A stretch of DNA of 64,000 bases from Nitrospirales bacterium (GTDB taxonomy: Bacteria > Nitrospirota > Nitrospiria > Nitrospirales > UBA8639): positions 2,944,001 through 3,008,000 of the forward strand of contig OY820905.2 of assembly GCA_963555755.3 (NCBI GenBank). Direction: 5' to 3'. The notes below the pieces were generated by a model, which worked only from the letters and a program-made list of their open reading frames with translations, did not search any database and had not been told where the DNA came from. Both the position numbers and the translations under genes were made by a program. This document shows, in pieces, positions 62,296 to 64,000 of this stretch (position 1 is the first letter of the stretch; each line of letters starts with the position of its first letter).

Positions 62296-64000
62296 ATGAA
62301 TGCCAGACTTGTAACAGGAAGCGGATTGGCGATTGCGGTGGTGTTATTTTTCGCTGTGAATGTGTTGAGTAATGTCGTGCTCCGATCGGCTCGCTTCGAT
62401 CTGACGGATCAACATCTTTATACCCTGTCCGAGGGCACGCGAAATATTTTACAGAGCATCGATGAACCGATTACCTTGCGGTTTTACCTGTCTAAAAAAC
62501 TGGCAACGGGATTACCGGGAATCAATAACTACGCCAACCGGGTGCTGGAACTATTGCAAGAGTATGAGCAGGCTGCCGACGGGAATCTGAATCTGCACAT
62601 CATCGACCCCGAGCCTTTTTCAGAGGAAGAAGATCGCGCAGTAGGATATGGCTTGCAGGGGGTTCCGCTGAATAATGGAAACGTCCAATTTTATTTTGGC
62701 CTGGTCGGAACCAGTTCAACCGATGACCAAGAGCTCATTCCCTTTTTCCAACCAGACCGTGAAGAGTTGATCGAATACGATCTCACCAAGCTGGTCTATC
62801 AATTAGCCAACCCCACACAAAAGGTCGTGGGTCTGCTCAGCACGCTTCCCCTTGAAGGTGGTCCTTCCATGGGCTTTATGCAAGGACAAGGAGGAAGCCC
62901 ACCCTGGATGATTCTGGATTCCATCCGCGAGGTCATGCAGGTTAAGTCATTGGAAAAAGACGTGGCCGATATCCCCGAGGATGTTGAGGTCTTGATGGTA
63001 GTCCATCCCAAGAAGTTAAGTGATGCCACCTTGTATGCCATTGATCAGTTTGTCTTAGGCGGTGGCCGAGCCTTGGTGTTCGTAGATCCTCATAGTGAAG
63101 CAGATCCCATTCCTCCCAATCCCAGGAACCCCATGGGGATGCAAGGTCCACGAAATTCTGATTTAGGAAAAGTGTTTGATGCCTGGGGCATTGAATTGGT
63201 CAGAGGAAAGGTCGTGGGCGATCTCCCGTTGGCCAAAAAAGTGAACTTCCAAAAACAGTCACGAACGTTTGTGGCCGATTACCCCATTTGGATTGATCTC
63301 ACCCCTCAGCATTTAGATCCTGATGATGTCGTGACCGCACAGCTTCCGAGTCTCACCATGGCCTCGGCGGGAATTTTACAAAAGAAAGAAGGCAGTGATA
63401 TTGAGTTCATTCCCTTGGTGGAAACCGACGACAGAGCCATGCAAATCGACACCACCCGTCTGATGTTTATGCCCGACATCGAAGGCCTGCTGCGGAGTTA
63501 TCGTCCAGAGGGGAAAAAACTTACCTTAGCCGCTCGTTTAACGGGGAAGGTCAAAACGGCGTTTCCTGATGGCAAGCCCAAACCAGCAGATTCTGAAAAC
63601 ACCGACAATCAGCCCATAGAAGGCAACCAAAAATTAGAAGACAAACCGCATCTCACCGAATCAACCGAACCCATAAACGTGATCGTGGTAGCGGATACCG
63701 ACATGTTGCAAGATCGGTTTTGGGTGCAAGTGCAAAATTTTCTTGGGCAGCGAATCGGAATTCCCACGTCTGCGAACAACAGCTTCGTCACCAATGCCCT
63801 GGACAATCTGACAGGGAGTCATGATCTGATTACCGTCAGAAGTCGAGGCAGCTTCTCGCGACCGTTTACGTTGGTCCGAGACATTCAACAAGAAGCGGAA
63901 ATGCAGTACCGCCAAAAAGAACAAGCGCTGCAACAACGCTTAAAAGATACTGAGCGGCAGATTCAAGACTTACAGAAAGCCAAGGGCGAGCAGACCGTGC
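62296..64000 (+). CDS. GldG-like ABC transporter accessory/substrate-binding protein (runs off the window)
   Basis: ATG 62296 opens a frame with no stop before the window end; RFDLT....YTLSEGT, DPEPFSEEED, EYDLT, AIDQFVL.GG. Confidence 0.88.
   Translation, partial: MNARLVTGSGLAIAVVLFFAVNVLSNVVLRSARFDLTDQHLYTLSEGTRNILQSIDEPITLRFYLSKKLATGLPGINNYANRVLELLQEYEQAADGNLNLHIIDPEPFSEEEDRAVGYGLQGVPLNNGNVQFYFGLVGTSSTDDQELIPFFQPDREELIEYDLTKLVYQLANPTQKVVGLLSTLPLEGGPSMGFMQGQGGSPPWMILDSIREVMQVKSLEKDVADIPEDVEVLMVVHPKKLSDATLYAIDQFVLGGGRALVFVDPHSEADPIPPNPRNPMGMQGPRNSDLGKVFDAWGIELVRGKVVGDLPLAKKVNFQKQSRTFVADYPIWIDLTPQHLDPDDVVTAQLPSLTMASAGILQKKEGSDIEFIPLVETDDRAMQIDTTRLMFMPDIEGLLRSYRPEGKKLTLAARLTGKVKTAFPDGKPKPADSENTDNQPIEGNQKLEDKPHLTESTEPINVIVVADTDMLQDRFWVQVQNFLGQRIGIPTSANNSFVTNALDNLTGSHDLITVRSRGSFSRPFTLVRDIQQEAEMQYRQKEQALQQRLKDTERQIQDLQKAKGEQTV

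Noticed and set aside
60501..64000. Gliding motility system
   Set aside because: GldA/F/G-like ABC transporters are widespread in non-gliding bacteria, and no other gliding genes are present.

Overview
Bacterial chromosomal window. The taxon is probably Nitrospirota-like, judged from gene order and protein character (inference, not verified). Bases 1-17.4 kb are an origin-proximal-type core region: yidD-yidC-mnmE-mnmG-rsmG, two perfect parS sites, parAB, two bactofilins, mnmA, the F1 ATP synthase genes atpHAGDC, an RluA-family synthase and an intact tRNA-Arg(UCG) at 17327-17402. A ~33 kb accessory island follows (17403-50905). It is divided into four modules by four degenerate copies of the 3' half of that tRNA (27085, 33284, 45119, 50729), and I see no integrase in it. 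Module 1 holds IS4, IS1595, a truncated ISAs1, GGGGTC/GACCCC-ended repeats, secreted Cys-rich proteins, a SnoaL-like protein and an AAA/DUF4143 ATPase. Module 2 holds a YchF-like protein between IS91/ISCR oriIS-like repeats, a phosphodiesterase and a GT4. Module 3 is a candidate ceramide/sphingolipid cluster (MMPL, desaturase, SPT-like, bCerS-like GNAT, CerR-like reductase, CDP-alcohol phosphotransferase) split by a nested ISAs1/IS1595 insertion. Module 4 holds a HigB / HigA-metallopeptidase / unknown / YjzC-like operon and a DruA(DUF4338)-IS4 fusion transposon flanked by poly-G. From 51 kb on are ordinary genes: MscS, HD-GYP, desaturase, dienelactone hydrolase, CPA1 antiporter, GT2, cupredoxin and a Gld-type ABC transporter. 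The segment ~21165-22000 looks like an assembly/consensus artefact. All product calls come from motif recognition by eye; no database searches were run.
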